Shown: positions 35,301 to 44,147 of the stretch, in pieces
Position numbering within the stretch: position 1 is the first letter of the stretch
Layout of the letters: the number at the start of each line of letters is the position of its first letter
Source of the DNA: Deltaproteobacteria bacterium
GTDB lineage: Bacteria > Myxococcota > Kuafuiibacteriia > Kuafuiibacteriales > Kuafuiibacteriaceae
NCBI GenBank assembly: GCA_040218735.1
Contig: JAVJQW010000003.1
Coordinates: 1-64,000 of the forward strand
Direction: 5' to 3'
Length of the DNA stretch: 64,000 nucleotides
Translations under genes and position numbers: made by a program
The notes under the pieces: model-generated
Told to the model about the DNA's origin: nothing
Seen by the model: the letters and a program-made list of their open reading frames with translations, nothing else
Database searches by the model: none

Positions 35301-37438
35301 ACCTCCCGCTCGATGATCTCGAGTCGGCTCGCGCCCTCGTGGCGAAACGCAAACCCGGCGTGCCGCTCGAACGCGACCGGCTGCTCGACGTAACGGCAAC
35401 GCGTCCGCAGCACGAGCCCGCTCGCGGGCTTCTGGCCGAGGCGGTACCCGCCGCGCACCACGAACGCAGGCGCGCGCGGGCCCGTCGTGCCCTCGTCGAC
35501 GCGCACGTCGACCGCGAGGCGCGGGGGCTTCGACGCATCGACCCAGAACAGCGCGCGACCGACCGCCCACCCGTTGCCGTCGAGCGCGCGGACCTCGTAG
35601 CGACCGCGCGGCGCGCTCACCGGCAGCGCGATCGTGTGGACCGACGCACCATCGATCGTGCGCTCCACGCGCTCGACCTTCAAACGCTCCCCGAGCGGGT
35701 TCTTCACCTCGAGTGAGGGGGTCCAGGTCGCACTCTTCAGCGCGTCGTCACGGACGAGCATCCCGAGCCGCACCGTCTCCCCGGCGCGGAAGGTCGAACG
35801 GTCGAGGAAGAGGTGCGCGCGACCGCGGACGTCTTCACCGTCGTCGACCTCCGGGACGGCGCGGGTGGCGGGGAGCGGGAGATACGCGAAGCTGGTGCCG
35901 CGACGCGCGATGACCCACGCGGGCGGATCCTCGGCGCTCCAGTCGACACCGATCTGCGCCACCCCGTTCGGCTGCGTACGCGACGTGCCGAGGGTCCGGT
36001 TCGTCCGGCTCACGACCCGCACCTCCGCGGCGTAGACCGGGCGCAAGTTGGATTGCGAGAGCACCTCGGCGCGCACCGCAGACGCGCCCACCTTGGCGGT
36101 GAGCGTCAGGCCGTCGTCGAACACCCACGTGTTCGCGCGAACCCAGAGGCGCTCGGTGTCGACGACCTCCACGAGGTAGAGCCCCGCGCGGCGCCGGTGC
36201 GGGTCGACGTACGGGACGATGGTGCTGACGACCTCGTCGATGCGCCCCGCCGTCTCGAGGTCACTCCGATACACGACGGTGCCGAACGTCTCGGCGTCGG
36301 GGAGCGTCCCGCTCGCGAGGTGCGGGAGGAGGTGCGCGACGTTGTCGTCCCAGATCTTCGTCACGCGCACGTCGACGCGCGAGACGTTCACACTCCGTAG
36401 CTCGACGGGCCCGGTCTCACGCACCAGACGAAGCGCCGGCGCCAACGACGGCATCTTCACCGTGAACGTCGCGCGCTCCGCGAGCCTAAAACCGTCGGCG
36501 GAACGCACGCCGGCGTCGAGGCTCATCGTGTACGTCTGGCCCGACTTGAACGCGCCGCGGATCTCGAACGTGTGGTGCCACGACTCCACGTCCACCACGA
36601 CGGGCGGATTGATCGTCAGCACGTTGCGAATCGCGGGTGCGTCCACGGCTCGATTCAAGCGAACGCGCACCCCCAGTCGTTCGTTGGTCTGGAACGCATC
36701 GGCGCCCACCACCTTCAGCACCGGCTCCGGCACCAGCGCCACGGGGCGCACGATCGTCTTCTCCAGGGGCCTCCCACCGGTCACCGCCCGCAGCGACGCA
36801 TCGACGCGGACGTCGGCGGAGACATTCTCGAACGGCTGACGCATCGGCCCGATCAGAAACGTCATCAACCTCCCGACGCCGGCCGTCAGGATCCGCGACC
36901 TGATGGTCCGCCCGTCGTGGTGCGAGAAGGACACCGCCGCGCTCGCCTCCGCGGGGCGCACCGGGTGGGTGAACTCCAGGACGACGCGCGCCGTCTGCGC
37001 CTCCGCGCGCGGGCGCACTTCGATCGAAGCGAGCGTGAACATGCGCGTCGGGAACTCGAACACCCCCGAACCCGCGAGCACCCGCCCCTCGCCGACCACG
37101 CCGGGCCGGAGCGTCACGCGGTACCGCGCCCCGTCCGCGAACGACTCCTCCGGAATGAACCGCAAGGTGTCTTGCGCGGTCCAGCGAGCGCGCCCGGCGA
37201 TCGCCGGGGAGATCACGAGCAGGTTCTCGGCGGGGACGTCGATCCCCACTTCGCTCGGTCCCACGAGCTGTGTCGAGAACGTGACGTCGATCGGCCGCGT
37301 CACCAACGCCGCGCTCTGCGGCTCGAAGCGCGTGACACGCACACGCTCCGGCTCGACCTCGCGGAGCGGATCTTCTTCCTTCTCACCGCACGCCAACAGC
37401 GCCGCGGCGAGCACTAGGTAAGTCGCGAGGCGATTCAT
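32372..37438 (-). CDS. Bacterial alpha-2-macroglobulin family lipoprotein (no thioester motif)
   Basis: Lipobox LLAC; FLDRSTFRAGETV (MG2), APRGRY, FAPNAF, LRPGDE, W.S..ENALAL and PAGLEIE; no CxEQ. Confidence 0.85.
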   Translation of the reverse strand: MNRLATYLVLAAALLACGEKEEDPLREVEPERVRVTRFEPQSAALVTRPIDVTFSTQLVGPSEVGIDVPAENLLVISPAIAGRARWTAQDTLRFIPEESFADGARYRVTLRPGVVGEGRVLAGSGVFEFPTRMFTLASIEVRPRAEAQTARVVLEFTHPVRPAEASAAVSFSHHDGRTIRSRILTAGVGRLMTFLIGPMRQPFENVSADVRVDASLRAVTGGRPLEKTIVRPVALVPEPVLKVVGADAFQTNERLGVRVRLNRAVDAPAIRNVLTINPPVVVDVESWHHTFEIRGAFKSGQTYTMSLDAGVRSADGFRLAERATFTVKMPSLAPALRLVRETGPVELRSVNVSRVDVRVTKIWDDNVAHLLPHLASGTLPDAETFGTVVYRSDLETAGRIDEVVSTIVPYVDPHRRRAGLYLVEVVDTERLWVRANTWVFDDGLTLTAKVGASAVRAEVLSQSNLRPVYAAEVRVVSRTNRTLGTSRTQPNGVAQIGVDWSAEDPPAWVIARRGTSFAYLPLPATRAVPEVDDGEDVRGRAHLFLDRSTFRAGETVRLGMLVRDDALKSATWTPSLEVKNPLGERLKVERVERTIDGASVHTIALPVSAPRGRYEVRALDGNGWAVGRALFWVDASKPPRLAVDVRVDEGTTGPRAPAFVVRGGYRLGQKPASGLVLRTRCRYVEQPVAFERHAGFAFRHEGASRLEIIEREVETRLDTSGEGRRWCPAVRSAGAAGPVRITLEAAVVEPGGRVVRDDASVVHRPTPHAVGVRRRLDAGPSEVGKDAALEAIVVGPDGEAVSGIAVVATIRSLDGSAAPVEVKLTSGAEPVAIPYVTREPGRHRVDVETTEGASTSTLFWVIPDVGSNVPAPGDELVVVAPGADVQVGDSASLLVWAPYEGQLELTIERDRVLWRTKVELDANVSRVEVPILPSFAPNAFAVARIVSGRRAAFAQAPLVVNTRRHRLRTALDVPARLTAQRDIEVGLRVEDEDGKPVTAHALVWIVDKRRTDPRFDAPADPVEHFVGLQPLSLVTHDLSTLYDGVQTHMSKPPRQRRPRVEWSDAGSSWSKIVTVEGAAKIPLRVPSMHGEARVAAVVFARDRFGAASRDTTVKDPLRLRTHAPQLLRPGDELEMPLEIENGLDRSIAVDLVVDTRGPLAVAERTKRLSIPADSSNNVVVRLKVDDAVGDARVALRGTAGTSSSSVERRFVVAPARTSTITGASLEVSRASPLTLALPKSFVRGSANASITVGPTVLWAHRAALDAVLAPSRESKLSATYEVLALTFAYRLIEDGDVRLRDALARLTASTGGRDEWATTLYGLALFEAARIRAVDRAATERAYQRLYAIVTSPSAEVEPRTRAVAHFVLALANRPDRRGLIELADAWDQADAAVDPIVRAMLAGALMRAGMLTRGRRMLADPIPIARGRSALLLAILADVYPFHPQVDGFLAALRKRAPNGYWASREENALALAAVGKFSRRAAPDPQYWGSLLIDGEVEKRFNTKRSAIVDAPLDAWRNRTLAFEVTGAGTAYVGLSVRGVATGDPKPRADGLALEHTLSTIAGAPIDGPVPYGELVVGRVTVRCTATDDCGRVRVDARMPAGLEIEDSNLTGLGWLELGASRPRSEATTSRVIYELDLSEREVAHAYYTARAIAVGSFSAPAVVASGAQGRRGVTAAGWLAVRAAR

Positions 37439-38340
37439 CCGAGCAGGCGACAGAGAAGGGCCTTCTGAACGTGCAGGCGGTTCTCCGCCTGCTGCCAGAT
37501 CGCCGAGTGCTTTCCGTACATGAGGTCGCGATCGATCTCCTCGCCGCGGACCGCGGGGAGACAGTGCATCACGATGGCGTGGGAGGCGGCCTCGTCGAGG
37601 AGACCCGCGGTGATCTTGTACGCCGCGAAGATCTTCCGGCGCTCCACCGCCTCCTCCTCCTGGCCCATCGAGATCCAAGTGTCGGTGTAGAGCACGTCCG
37701 CGTCCTTGGCTGCGCCGAGCGCGTCGTCGGTCTGCGTGAGCGAGCCCGCGAGCCCCTTGGCCTCCGCGAGGCGCTCCGCGGGCAGCCCGTAACCCTCGGG
37801 CGAAGCGATGACCACCTCCGCGCCGAGGCTCGCGGCGAGCAGGCCCGTCGAAGTCGCGACGTTGTTTCCCTCGCCGACGAACACCACCTTCACCCCTTCG
37901 ATGCGCCCGGTGCGTTCGAGGATCGTGAGCACGTCCGCCAACGCCTGACACGGGTGGCGGTCGTCGGAGAGCGCGTTGACGACCGGTATCCCCGCGTAAC
38001 GCGACATCGCGTGCAGCGCCGACTGGTCGAAGACCCGCGCGACGAGCGCGTGGACGTAGCGCCCGATCACCGACGCGAAGTCTTCGACGTGCTCGCCCTT
38101 GCCGAGCTTGGTGTTCGTCGCGGACAGCTCCACGACCTGGCCGCCGAGCTCCTGTACGCCGACGGTGAACGACACGCGCGTCCGCACCGAAGGTTTCTCG
38201 AAGTAGAGCGCGATGTGTTTGCCGCGGAGTGTGTCGCGGAACGCGTGCCCGCGCTCGAGTTTGAGCGTGCGCGCGAGCTCCAACACTTCACGCGTCTCGG
38301 ACGGCTCGAAGTCGAGCTCGCTGAGGTAGTGCTGCACCAT
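37435..38340 (-). CDS. argF: Ornithine carbamoyltransferase
   Basis: FEKPSVRTRVSF, HPCQALAD, DTWISMG, MHCLP. Confidence 0.95.
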   Translation of the reverse strand: MVQHYLSELDFEPSETREVLELARTLKLERGHAFRDTLRGKHIALYFEKPSVRTRVSFTVGVQELGGQVVELSATNTKLGKGEHVEDFASVIGRYVHALVARVFDQSALHAMSRYAGIPVVNALSDDRHPCQALADVLTILERTGRIEGVKVVFVGEGNNVATSTGLLAASLGAEVVIASPEGYGLPAERLAEAKGLAGSLTQTDDALGAAKDADVLYTDTWISMGQEEEAVERRKIFAAYKITAGLLDEAASHAIVMHCLPAVRGEEIDRDLMYGKHSAIWQQAENRLHVQKALLCRLLG

Positions 38341-38342
38341 GA

Positions 38343-40430
38343 TTAGGCCCTCCGGATCAGCGTCCCGACACCGCGGTCCGTGAACAGCTCGGCGATCAGG
38401 TTGTGCTGAACGCGCCCGTCGACGAGGTGGACGGACGAGCACCCGGCCGCGAGCGCGCGTAGCGCCGACGCGAGCTTCGGCTTCATGCCGCCCGTGACCG
38501 TTCCGTCTTCGAGCTTCAGCTTGAGCTGATCACTCGTCAGCTCGGACACGACGTCCTCCCCCTCCAGGAGGCCGGGGACGTCGGAAAGGAAGATGAGTTT
38601 TTCGGCCTTCAGCGCCGCCGCGAGCTCCGACGCGACGACGTCGGCGTTGACGTTGTACGCGCCGCCGCCCTCGCCGAGCCCAATCGGCGAAACGACCGGC
38701 ACGTAGCCGTCCTTCTCGAGCATGTCGAGGAGCCGCGGATCGATCCGCTCCACCTCGCCCACGAGCCCGAGGTCCGGCTCGGACACCCGCTTCCGCGCGC
38801 GGATCAACCCGCCGTCCTTGCCGGACAACCCGACCGCGCGGGAGCCGGTGCGGTTGAGGGTCGCGACCAGACGCTGGTTCACCTGCCCGGTGAGGACCAT
38901 CTCGACGATGCGCATCGACGCTTCGTCGGTCACGCGGAGGCCGTCGATGAACTCCGGCTCGTGCCCGAGTTTTTTCATCGTGCGCGAGATCTCGGGCCCG
39001 CCGCCGTGCACGACGATCGGGAGGAGCCCGACCGAGCGGAGCAACAACACGTTCTCCGCGAACTGCTCCTCGAGCGCCGGATCGATCATCGCCGCGCCGC
39101 CGAGTTTGATGACCGCGCGGATGCCGCGGAACTTGTCGATGTACCGCAGCGCCTCGACGAGGAGCCGGCGCTTGAACACCGGGCCGAGGTTCTCCAGCCG
39201 ATCGTCGACGCCGACGCGACCGTCCGCCGAGGTCTGCGTCACCGCCGCGTAGTCGGCGTTGATCTTCACGTAGTCGTACGTGAGGTCACAGCCCCAGGCC
39301 TGCGCGGACGCGTCGCCGCCACCGAGGTCCATCTCCACCGTGACGACCGACTCCTGAAGGCGGTGCCGAAACGAAGCCCCCGGTCGCTGATGCACACCGT
39401 TGGCGAAGGTCTCCTCGCTCTGCAGCCGAAGCGTGAGTCGCTCCAGATCCAGATCGATCTTCCGCCGCGCGGCGCACGCGCCCGCCGCTGCGACGAGGCG
39501 ACCGCCCGCGTTCGGGTCGCCGCCGAACACCGCGGCCTTCACCAACGTGGACCCCGCGAGGGCCCGCGCCACGGCGCGCGCATCTTCGACGTTCGGCGCG
39601 CCGGTCACCGTGACGTCGATGCGCCGCGTGGCGCCCTCCCCGTCCGAGGCGATCGCGCGCGACAAACACTCGAAGATGTCGCGCACGGCGTCGACGAACA
39701 CCTCGTAGCGTTCGCCGTCTTCGATCTTCGCGTTGTTCGCCGCGCCGTTCGCGAGCGCGACCACCGCGTCGTTCGTCGACATCTCGCCGTCGACCGTGAG
39801 CTGGTTGAACGTGTCCGGGATGGCGTCGTCCAGCGCGCGCTGGAGCGCGCCGCGCGAGATCGCCGCGTCCGTGGTGACGAAACACAGCATCGTCGCGAGC
39901 GACGGCGCGATCATTCCGGAGCCCTTCGCCACCGCGTGCACCGTGACCTGCGTGCCGTCGATGAAGATCTTCCGCGACTCCACCTTCCGCGTGCGGTCGG
40001 TGGTGTGGATCGCGTCCGCGAAGTCGTCGGGGTCCGAGGACAGCTCCGTGAGCGTCTTTGCGATCCCCGGCTCCATCCGATCCAGAGGGAGCCGGTAGCC
40101 GACGATCCCCGTGCACGCCGTGAGGACGCGCTCGGGACCCACGCCGATCTCGTCCGCGACGATCTGCGCGAGGCGCTCGTCGTCGGCGCGCCCCTCCGCG
40201 CCAGTGAGCGCGTTGGCGTTCCCGCTCACCGCGACGATCGCGCGGACCTCTTCCCCGGCCGCCCGCAGCCGATCGATACGCGCGACGCAGTGCGCTCTGC
40301 TCTTGTTCTCGGTGACCCGCGCCGCCCACACGGCGGGGCTCCGCGACAGGAGCACCCCGGCGTCACGCTTGCTGTTCTTGATGCCGACGTTGCGCCCCGC
40401 AGCGACGAACCCCTTCGGAAAATCGCTCAT
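38343..40430 (-). CDS. argJ-argB: Fused ornithine acetyltransferase ArgJ / acetylglutamate kinase ArgB
   Basis: N-terminal KGSGMIAPSLATML, DGEMSTND, DGEGAT, GCDLTYDYVKINADY; C-terminal VIKLGG, VHGGGPEI, NVNAD, GGMKPK; no stop codon between the two. Confidence 0.92.
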   Translation of the reverse strand: MSDFPKGFVAAGRNVGIKNSKRDAGVLLSRSPAVWAARVTENKSRAHCVARIDRLRAAGEEVRAIVAVSGNANALTGAEGRADDERLAQIVADEIGVGPERVLTACTGIVGYRLPLDRMEPGIAKTLTELSSDPDDFADAIHTTDRTRKVESRKIFIDGTQVTVHAVAKGSGMIAPSLATMLCFVTTDAAISRGALQRALDDAIPDTFNQLTVDGEMSTNDAVVALANGAANNAKIEDGERYEVFVDAVRDIFECLSRAIASDGEGATRRIDVTVTGAPNVEDARAVARALAGSTLVKAAVFGGDPNAGGRLVAAAGACAARRKIDLDLERLTLRLQSEETFANGVHQRPGASFRHRLQESVVTVEMDLGGGDASAQAWGCDLTYDYVKINADYAAVTQTSADGRVGVDDRLENLGPVFKRRLLVEALRYIDKFRGIRAVIKLGGAAMIDPALEEQFAENVLLLRSVGLLPIVVHGGGPEISRTMKKLGHEPEFIDGLRVTDEASMRIVEMVLTGQVNQRLVATLNRTGSRAVGLSGKDGGLIRARKRVSEPDLGLVGEVERIDPRLLDMLEKDGYVPVVSPIGLGEGGGAYNVNADVVASELAAALKAEKLIFLSDVPGLLEGEDVVSELTSDQLKLKLEDGTVTGGMKPKLASALRALAAGCSSVHLVDGRVQHNLIAELFTDRGVGTLIRRA

Positions 40431-41419
40431 CGCGCCTCCAGCAGCGCTTCGACGTTCTGAATCGCCTGCCCCGCCGCGCCCTTCACGAGGTTGTCGATCG
40501 CCGCGAACGCGAGGATGTGATCGATCCTCGGATCCACGCGCGCGTGAACCTCGACGTGGTTGGTGAACTGCACGTGCCCGGTCTCGGGCGGCGTTCTACT
40601 GAAACGAACGAAACCGTTGGGGTCGTACGTGGAGCGGTACGCCTCCTCGAGCTTCGCGTCCGTGACCCCCTCGGCCGCCGGCAGGTACGCCGACACCAGG
40701 ATGCCCCGTCGCATCGGCACGAGGTGCGCGACGAACCCGACCCGCACGTCCTTCCCCGAGAGCGTCGTGAGGGCCCGCTCGATCTCCGGCGTGTGCTGGT
40801 GCTTCGTCAGGCGATACGGCCGCAGGTTCTCGCCGACCTCGGAGAACAGCAGCGCTTCGCTCGCCTTCTTCCCAGCGCCGGTCGTCCCGCTCTTCCCGTC
40901 GATCACGATGGGACCGGACGCCGCGAGCCCGTTCGTCAGCAGCGGCGCCACCGCGAGGATCGCCGCCGTGGCGTAACACCCGGGGTTCGCGACCAGGCGC
41001 GCCCCGGCGGGGATCGGGAGCAGCTCCGGCAGCCCGTAGGCGGCCTCCTCGACCAGCTCGGGGCAAGGGTGCTCGAAGCCGTACCACTGGGCGAACGACG
41101 CCAGGTCCGTCAGTCGGAACGCACCCGAAAGGTCCACGACCCGGGCGCCACGCTCCAGGAGCCGGGGCGCGAGCTCGGCGCTGGTCTCCGCCGGCGTCGC
41201 CAGACACACGATGGCTTCGTCGGTGACCGCCTCCATCACGGCGTCGTGCCGGGAGAAGGACAGCGCCGGGTCGGCCTCGGGGACCAGGTCGGACACCGGG
41301 GTCCCGGCCGCACGGTCGGAGCTGGCGTGGGTGACCTTCAGGCGCGGGTGGCCGGCCAGGCGGCGGACCAACTCGAGGCCGGAATAACCTCCGGCGCCGA
41401 AGATGACGACGGGCTGCAC
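40427..41419 (-). CDS. argC: N-acetyl-gamma-glutamyl-phosphate reductase
   Basis: GAGGYSG, DLSGAFR, ANPGCY, DNLVKGAAGQAIQN. Confidence 0.96.
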   Translation of the reverse strand: MQPVVIFGAGGYSGLELVRRLAGHPRLKVTHASSDRAAGTPVSDLVPEADPALSFSRHDAVMEAVTDEAIVCLATPAETSAELAPRLLERGARVVDLSGAFRLTDLASFAQWYGFEHPCPELVEEAAYGLPELLPIPAGARLVANPGCYATAAILAVAPLLTNGLAASGPIVIDGKSGTTGAGKKASEALLFSEVGENLRPYRLTKHQHTPEIERALTTLSGKDVRVGFVAHLVPMRRGILVSAYLPAAEGVTDAKLEEAYRSTYDPNGFVRFSRTPPETGHVQFTNHVEVHARVDPRIDHILAFAAIDNLVKGAAGQAIQNVEALLEAR

Positions 41420-41429
41420 GCGCGAACGT

Positions 41430-42056
41430 CTAACCCGTCGGGGTGGATGCGTCGAGATCGGCGAGCATCAAGTCCACGAGCCAGTGCATGTGCGCGCGGC
41501 GCTCCTCGAAGCTCTCCGGCGCGAGCGGGTCGTCGCCCCACGCGCTCGCGAGCGCCGGCGCGTACACCATGTAGTTCAGGACCGCGCCCGCGATCGTCAC
41601 GAAGATCTGCCGCGTCGACTTCGGGCCCGTCGTCGGCGCGATCGCGGCGAGTGAGGTCTTCGTCCACTCGAACAGGGTACCGATACCGCGACTCACCAAC
41701 GGCACCTCACCTGGACTCGAGAGCAGCAGCCCCTGAACGAGCCGCGGGTAGCGATCGTTGGCGATGATGAAGTCGAGGTACCCGTCGACGAGGTGGTGCA
41801 GCCGCGCCTCGATCGTCCCCTCGACGGCGAAGGCGTCCTCGAGCGCGCGGCGGTGCGCGTCGTAGTAACGCGTCATCACCCGCTCGAAGAGCTTCTCCTT
41901 CGTGCTGAAGTAGTAGAAGACCGAGGCCTTGTTCACACCCGCGGCCCGCGCGACGTCACGGACGCTCACGCCGTCGTAACCCTGCTGCGCAAAAAGGGCG
42001 TCCGCCGCCTCTAGGATACGTTGCGCCGGGTCGGCGTCATCCCTCGGTCCCTCCAT
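41430..42056 (-). CDS. TetR/AcrR family transcriptional regulator
   Basis: ILEAA..LFAQQGY..VSVRDVARAAGVNKASVFYYFSTKEKL HTH. Confidence 0.93.
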   Translation of the reverse strand: MEGPRDDADPAQRILEAADALFAQQGYDGVSVRDVARAAGVNKASVFYYFSTKEKLFERVMTRYYDAHRRALEDAFAVEGTIEARLHHLVDGYLDFIIANDRYPRLVQGLLLSSPGEVPLVSRGIGTLFEWTKTSLAAIAPTTGPKSTRQIFVTIAGAVLNYMVYAPALASAWGDDPLAPESFEERRAHMHWLVDLMLADLDASTPTG

Positions 42057-42104
42057 CGTCCCGGCGCCACCCTAACCATGGTCCGGCCGCGTCACCAAGG
42101 GTAT

Positions 42105-44090
42105 TCAGGACTTTGCAAGGTCGAGGCTACGCCGACGACGGCGTCCCCACCACAGCAGCAAGCCACCGACGAGGAGCGGCGCACCGGGTTCGGGCGCAGC
42201 CGTGGTGCACTGACACCCGTCGGAGCCCCCCGCGCCCGAGCTCGTGGCCCGCGCGCTGAGCACGAATACAGCCTCGCGCCGACGTCCCGCGCCGTCCACG
42301 ACACGGAGGATGAACGGCTGATCCGTCTCCCTAAACGCCACGCCGTAGAGCCGAAGCGTCCCAACCGGCGCCGCTTCGCCGTCTCCCGCCTCGAGGAAGA
42401 AGCCGTCCGGCGTCTGCGACCCGGGCGCGAGCCGCCACGTCAGCGGCTCGACGCCGCCCTCCGCCTCGAACACCACCTCGTAGCGCGCGCGCACCGTCGC
42501 CGGCTCCAGCGGCCCGTTCACGATCCGGAACGCCGGGTCGTCCTCGACGATCACCGTGAGCAGCGCCGAATCCGTCGACGGGTCCATCGTCGAGTCCGCC
42601 GCGCGGACGCGCATCTTGAACTCCCCGACCTGCGTCGGCGTCCCGGACAACATGCCCTCGCGGGACAGCTCCAATCCGGGCGGCTCCGGCGTCAACGCGC
42701 TCCAGGTGTACGGCCCGACGCCACCGATCGCCTGCAGCTCGACTTCGACGCTCCCCCCGAAGGGCACCAGCTCCGGCTCACGCGTGAGCACCAAGACCTG
42801 CGACGCGAAGATGACGTCGACGGAGAAGGACGCGGTGGTCGTGTTGTCGCGGAAGTCGACGACGCGGACCTCGAAGTCGTACGTGCCGATGTCCGTCGGC
42901 GTCCCCGAGAGGATCCCGTCTTCGTCGAACGTCATGCCCTGCGGCAGATCGCCCCCCTCCAGGCTCCAGACGTACGGCCCCTCGCCGCCGCCCGCGACGA
43001 AGCGCTGCTCGTACGGCAACCCACGAAACGCGGGCAACACGTCGAGCTGCACGATCTCGATCGGCGCGTTGGTCGGGTGCACCTGCACCGAGAAGCTGTT
43101 GGTGTCCGTGCGCCCGTCGGACGTCACCTCCACGTCGAAGCTGAACGTCCCGGTGCGTACCGGCTGCCCGGACAGGACGCCCGCGGTGGAGAGCGTCAGC
43201 CCGTCCGGCAACGACCCGGCCGTCACCGCGAAGTCGTAGGCGCCGTCTCCGCCGCGCGCGACGAAGTACAGCTCGTAGAACACCAGCAGCGTCGGGTCCG
43301 GCGCGATCGTCGTGTCGAGCGTGAGGGTGTCCCAACGAACGGTGAGGGGGTCCGGCGCGATCGCCGTGTTGTCGGTCTCGACGCCCTCGACGATCGCGCC
43401 GTCGGGGTCGATCACCACGCCGACGGTGTACACGCCGGCGGGGGTCGCCGCGGGGATCGTGGCGGAGATCGTCGGGGTCGACTCGGCGCCGGGCGCGAGG
43501 GTCACCGAGCTTCGCGCGATCTCGATGTCGCGGGTGTCGACGACGTCGTCTCGGCTCAGCACCACCGCGAAGTCGATCGGCCCGCCCAGCTCACCGCCGT
43601 TGCGGACGGTGACGTCCACCTCGAGGGTGCCTCCGCTCGTCACCGTGTTGGACGCGGGCGCGATCGCCACCGCGACGCCGTCGACCGCGGGCGCACGCAC
43701 CGTGAGGTAGGTGTCCTTCGCGACGAAGTTGTCGAACTCGTTCGATTCCGTCACCGCGCCCGCCGGGTCGAGGCGCATCGCGATCTGGTAGGCGCCGTCG
43801 ATCCCCGCCGGCACCGTCCGGCTGAAGGTCAGCTCCTGGCGCAGGCCGGCGGGCGCCGTGATCGGCCCGAACGGCGCGAGGGTCACGGCGGTCGACAGCT
43901 GCGCGTTGCGAACCAGCAGCAGCTCCCCCGAAAACGCGGGGGTGGTGCCGTCGCTGATCAGCACCACGTCGAAGTCCGCGGCGCGGCCCGCGACGAGCAC
44001 CGGCGGCGCGTCGACGTCGAGCGCGACGAGGTTCTGCGCGGAGGCCACCGACGGAACGGCCAGCAGCAACAAGACGGACGCGCGCAGCAT
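42105..44090 (-). CDS. MYXO-CTERM surface protein with CARDB and putative Ig (He_PIG) repeats
   Basis: Signal peptide ending ASA-Q; DP..AV.E..E.DN CARDB motifs; LP.GLTL...G.LSG.P repeats; terminal GCQC-TM-RRRRR. Confidence 0.85.
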   Translation of the reverse strand: MLRASVLLLLAVPSVASAQNLVALDVDAPPVLVAGRAADFDVVLISDGTTPAFSGELLLVRNAQLSTAVTLAPFGPITAPAGLRQELTFSRTVPAGIDGAYQIAMRLDPAGAVTESNEFDNFVAKDTYLTVRAPAVDGVAVAIAPASNTVTSGGTLEVDVTVRNGGELGGPIDFAVVLSRDDVVDTRDIEIARSSVTLAPGAESTPTISATIPAATPAGVYTVGVVIDPDGAIVEGVETDNTAIAPDPLTVRWDTLTLDTTIAPDPTLLVFYELYFVARGGDGAYDFAVTAGSLPDGLTLSTAGVLSGQPVRTGTFSFDVEVTSDGRTDTNSFSVQVHPTNAPIEIVQLDVLPAFRGLPYEQRFVAGGGEGPYVWSLEGGDLPQGMTFDEDGILSGTPTDIGTYDFEVRVVDFRDNTTTASFSVDVIFASQVLVLTREPELVPFGGSVEVELQAIGGVGPYTWSALTPEPPGLELSREGMLSGTPTQVGEFKMRVRAADSTMDPSTDSALLTVIVEDDPAFRIVNGPLEPATVRARYEVVFEAEGGVEPLTWRLAPGSQTPDGFFLEAGDGEAAPVGTLRLYGVAFRETDQPFILRVVDGAGRRREAVFVLSARATSSGAGGSDGCQCTTAAPEPGAPLLVGGLLLWWGRRRRRSLDLAKS

Positions 44091-44147
44091 CGACGCGAGG
44101 CTAGTACGGGCGAACGCAAACGACACGGAGTTTTAGGGCCGTATCGG

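Noticed and set aside
38170-38200. argF has SVRT instead of STRT; possible acetyl- or succinyl-ornithine transcarbamylase
   Set aside because: The SMG loop and HCLP motif are those of a standard OTCase, and one substitution is not enough evidence.
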